The notes under the pieces are model-generated. The model was not told where the DNA came from. It ran no database searches and saw nothing but the letters and a program-made list of their open reading frames with translations. A DNA stretch of 64,000 nucleotides from Nitrososphaerota archaeon (GTDB lineage Archaea; Thermoproteota; Nitrososphaeria_A; Caldarchaeales; Caldarchaeaceae): contig JBEPYN010000002.1 in the NCBI GenBank assembly GCA_041641305.1, positions 384,001 to 448,000 of the forward strand, read 5' to 3'. This document shows, one piece after another, positions 63,805-64,000 of this stretch (position 1 is the stretch's first letter; the number at the start of each line of letters is the position of its first letter). Position numbers and translations under genes: made by a program.

Positions 63805-64000
63805 TCACCCGAAACCAAGCGAGGCTGCTACCCCGCCTATACCCTTGCTCAGGGCAGAGGCAGCCGCCATCACAATACCCCATCCAGCGAGCGAGCCCAA
63901 GGCGAACCTCCACATCCGCATGATGGTGTTGTCCTGAGCGTTAAGCAGCCAGCCCACGAGGTCGAAGACATTTTGAAAGGTTCTACCGAGGTCTGTGCTG
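63805..64000 (-). CDS. 3' end of a membrane protein (partial), possibly another T4SS membrane component
   Basis: Open frame STDLGRTFQNVFDLVGWLL...IVMAAASALSKGIGGVAASLGFG-stop ends 6 bp before the CedA-like start. Confidence 0.6.
   Translation of the reverse strand, partial: STDLGRTFQNVFDLVGWLLNAQDNTIMRMWRFALGSLAGWGIVMAAASALSKGIGGVAASLGFG

Overview
This 64-kb window is the interior of a large archaeal mobile element or island, most likely a conjugative plasmid or ICE. The archaeal assignment rests on Alba, class III-signal pilins, a FlaI/TadA-type ATPase, a CedA-like protein, Hel308 and GGAGGTGA-type RBSs; a thermophilic TACK host is an inference. No rRNA, tRNA, CRISPR array, integrase, relaxase or prepilin peptidase was recognised. 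Almost all genes lie on the minus strand. In transcription order: (i) 64-51 kb, a Ced/Ted-like type IV secretion module (giant CedA/VirB6-like protein, VirB4-like ATPase, VirD4/HerA-like ATPase, and a degenerate ATPase with a HEPN-like tail). (ii) 51-45 kb, a DNA-processing string (Hel308, ParB, two RecA/RadA-fold ATPases, a minimal MCM-like AAA+). (iii) 45-26 kb, cargo (TlpA, site-2 protease, two paralogous unknown proteins, a DUF1874/AcrIII-1-like protein, a virus-like gene pair, an AT-rich R-M island, IS5 and GT87 remnants, large surface proteins). (iv) 26-23 kb, small genes (two Alba, CHRD, GtrA, Zn-finger proteins). (v) 23-0 kb, a type IV pilus locus: nine pilin-like genes (one split by an in-frame TGA), PMT and GT87 glycosyltransferases, two SpoIIM-like proteins, the ATPase and TadC platform, then a divergent FtsZ/tubulin GTPase between two large bitopic membrane proteins, one of which is missing from the ORF track. 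The strongest non-coding signal is the palindrome GTCAACNWGTTGAC (often TGTCAACATGTTGACA). I count 14 copies, including two ~59-bp-periodic clusters that bracket the cargo and one copy just upstream of parB: a candidate archaeal parS or master operator. All family assignments come from motifs recognised by eye; no searches were run.
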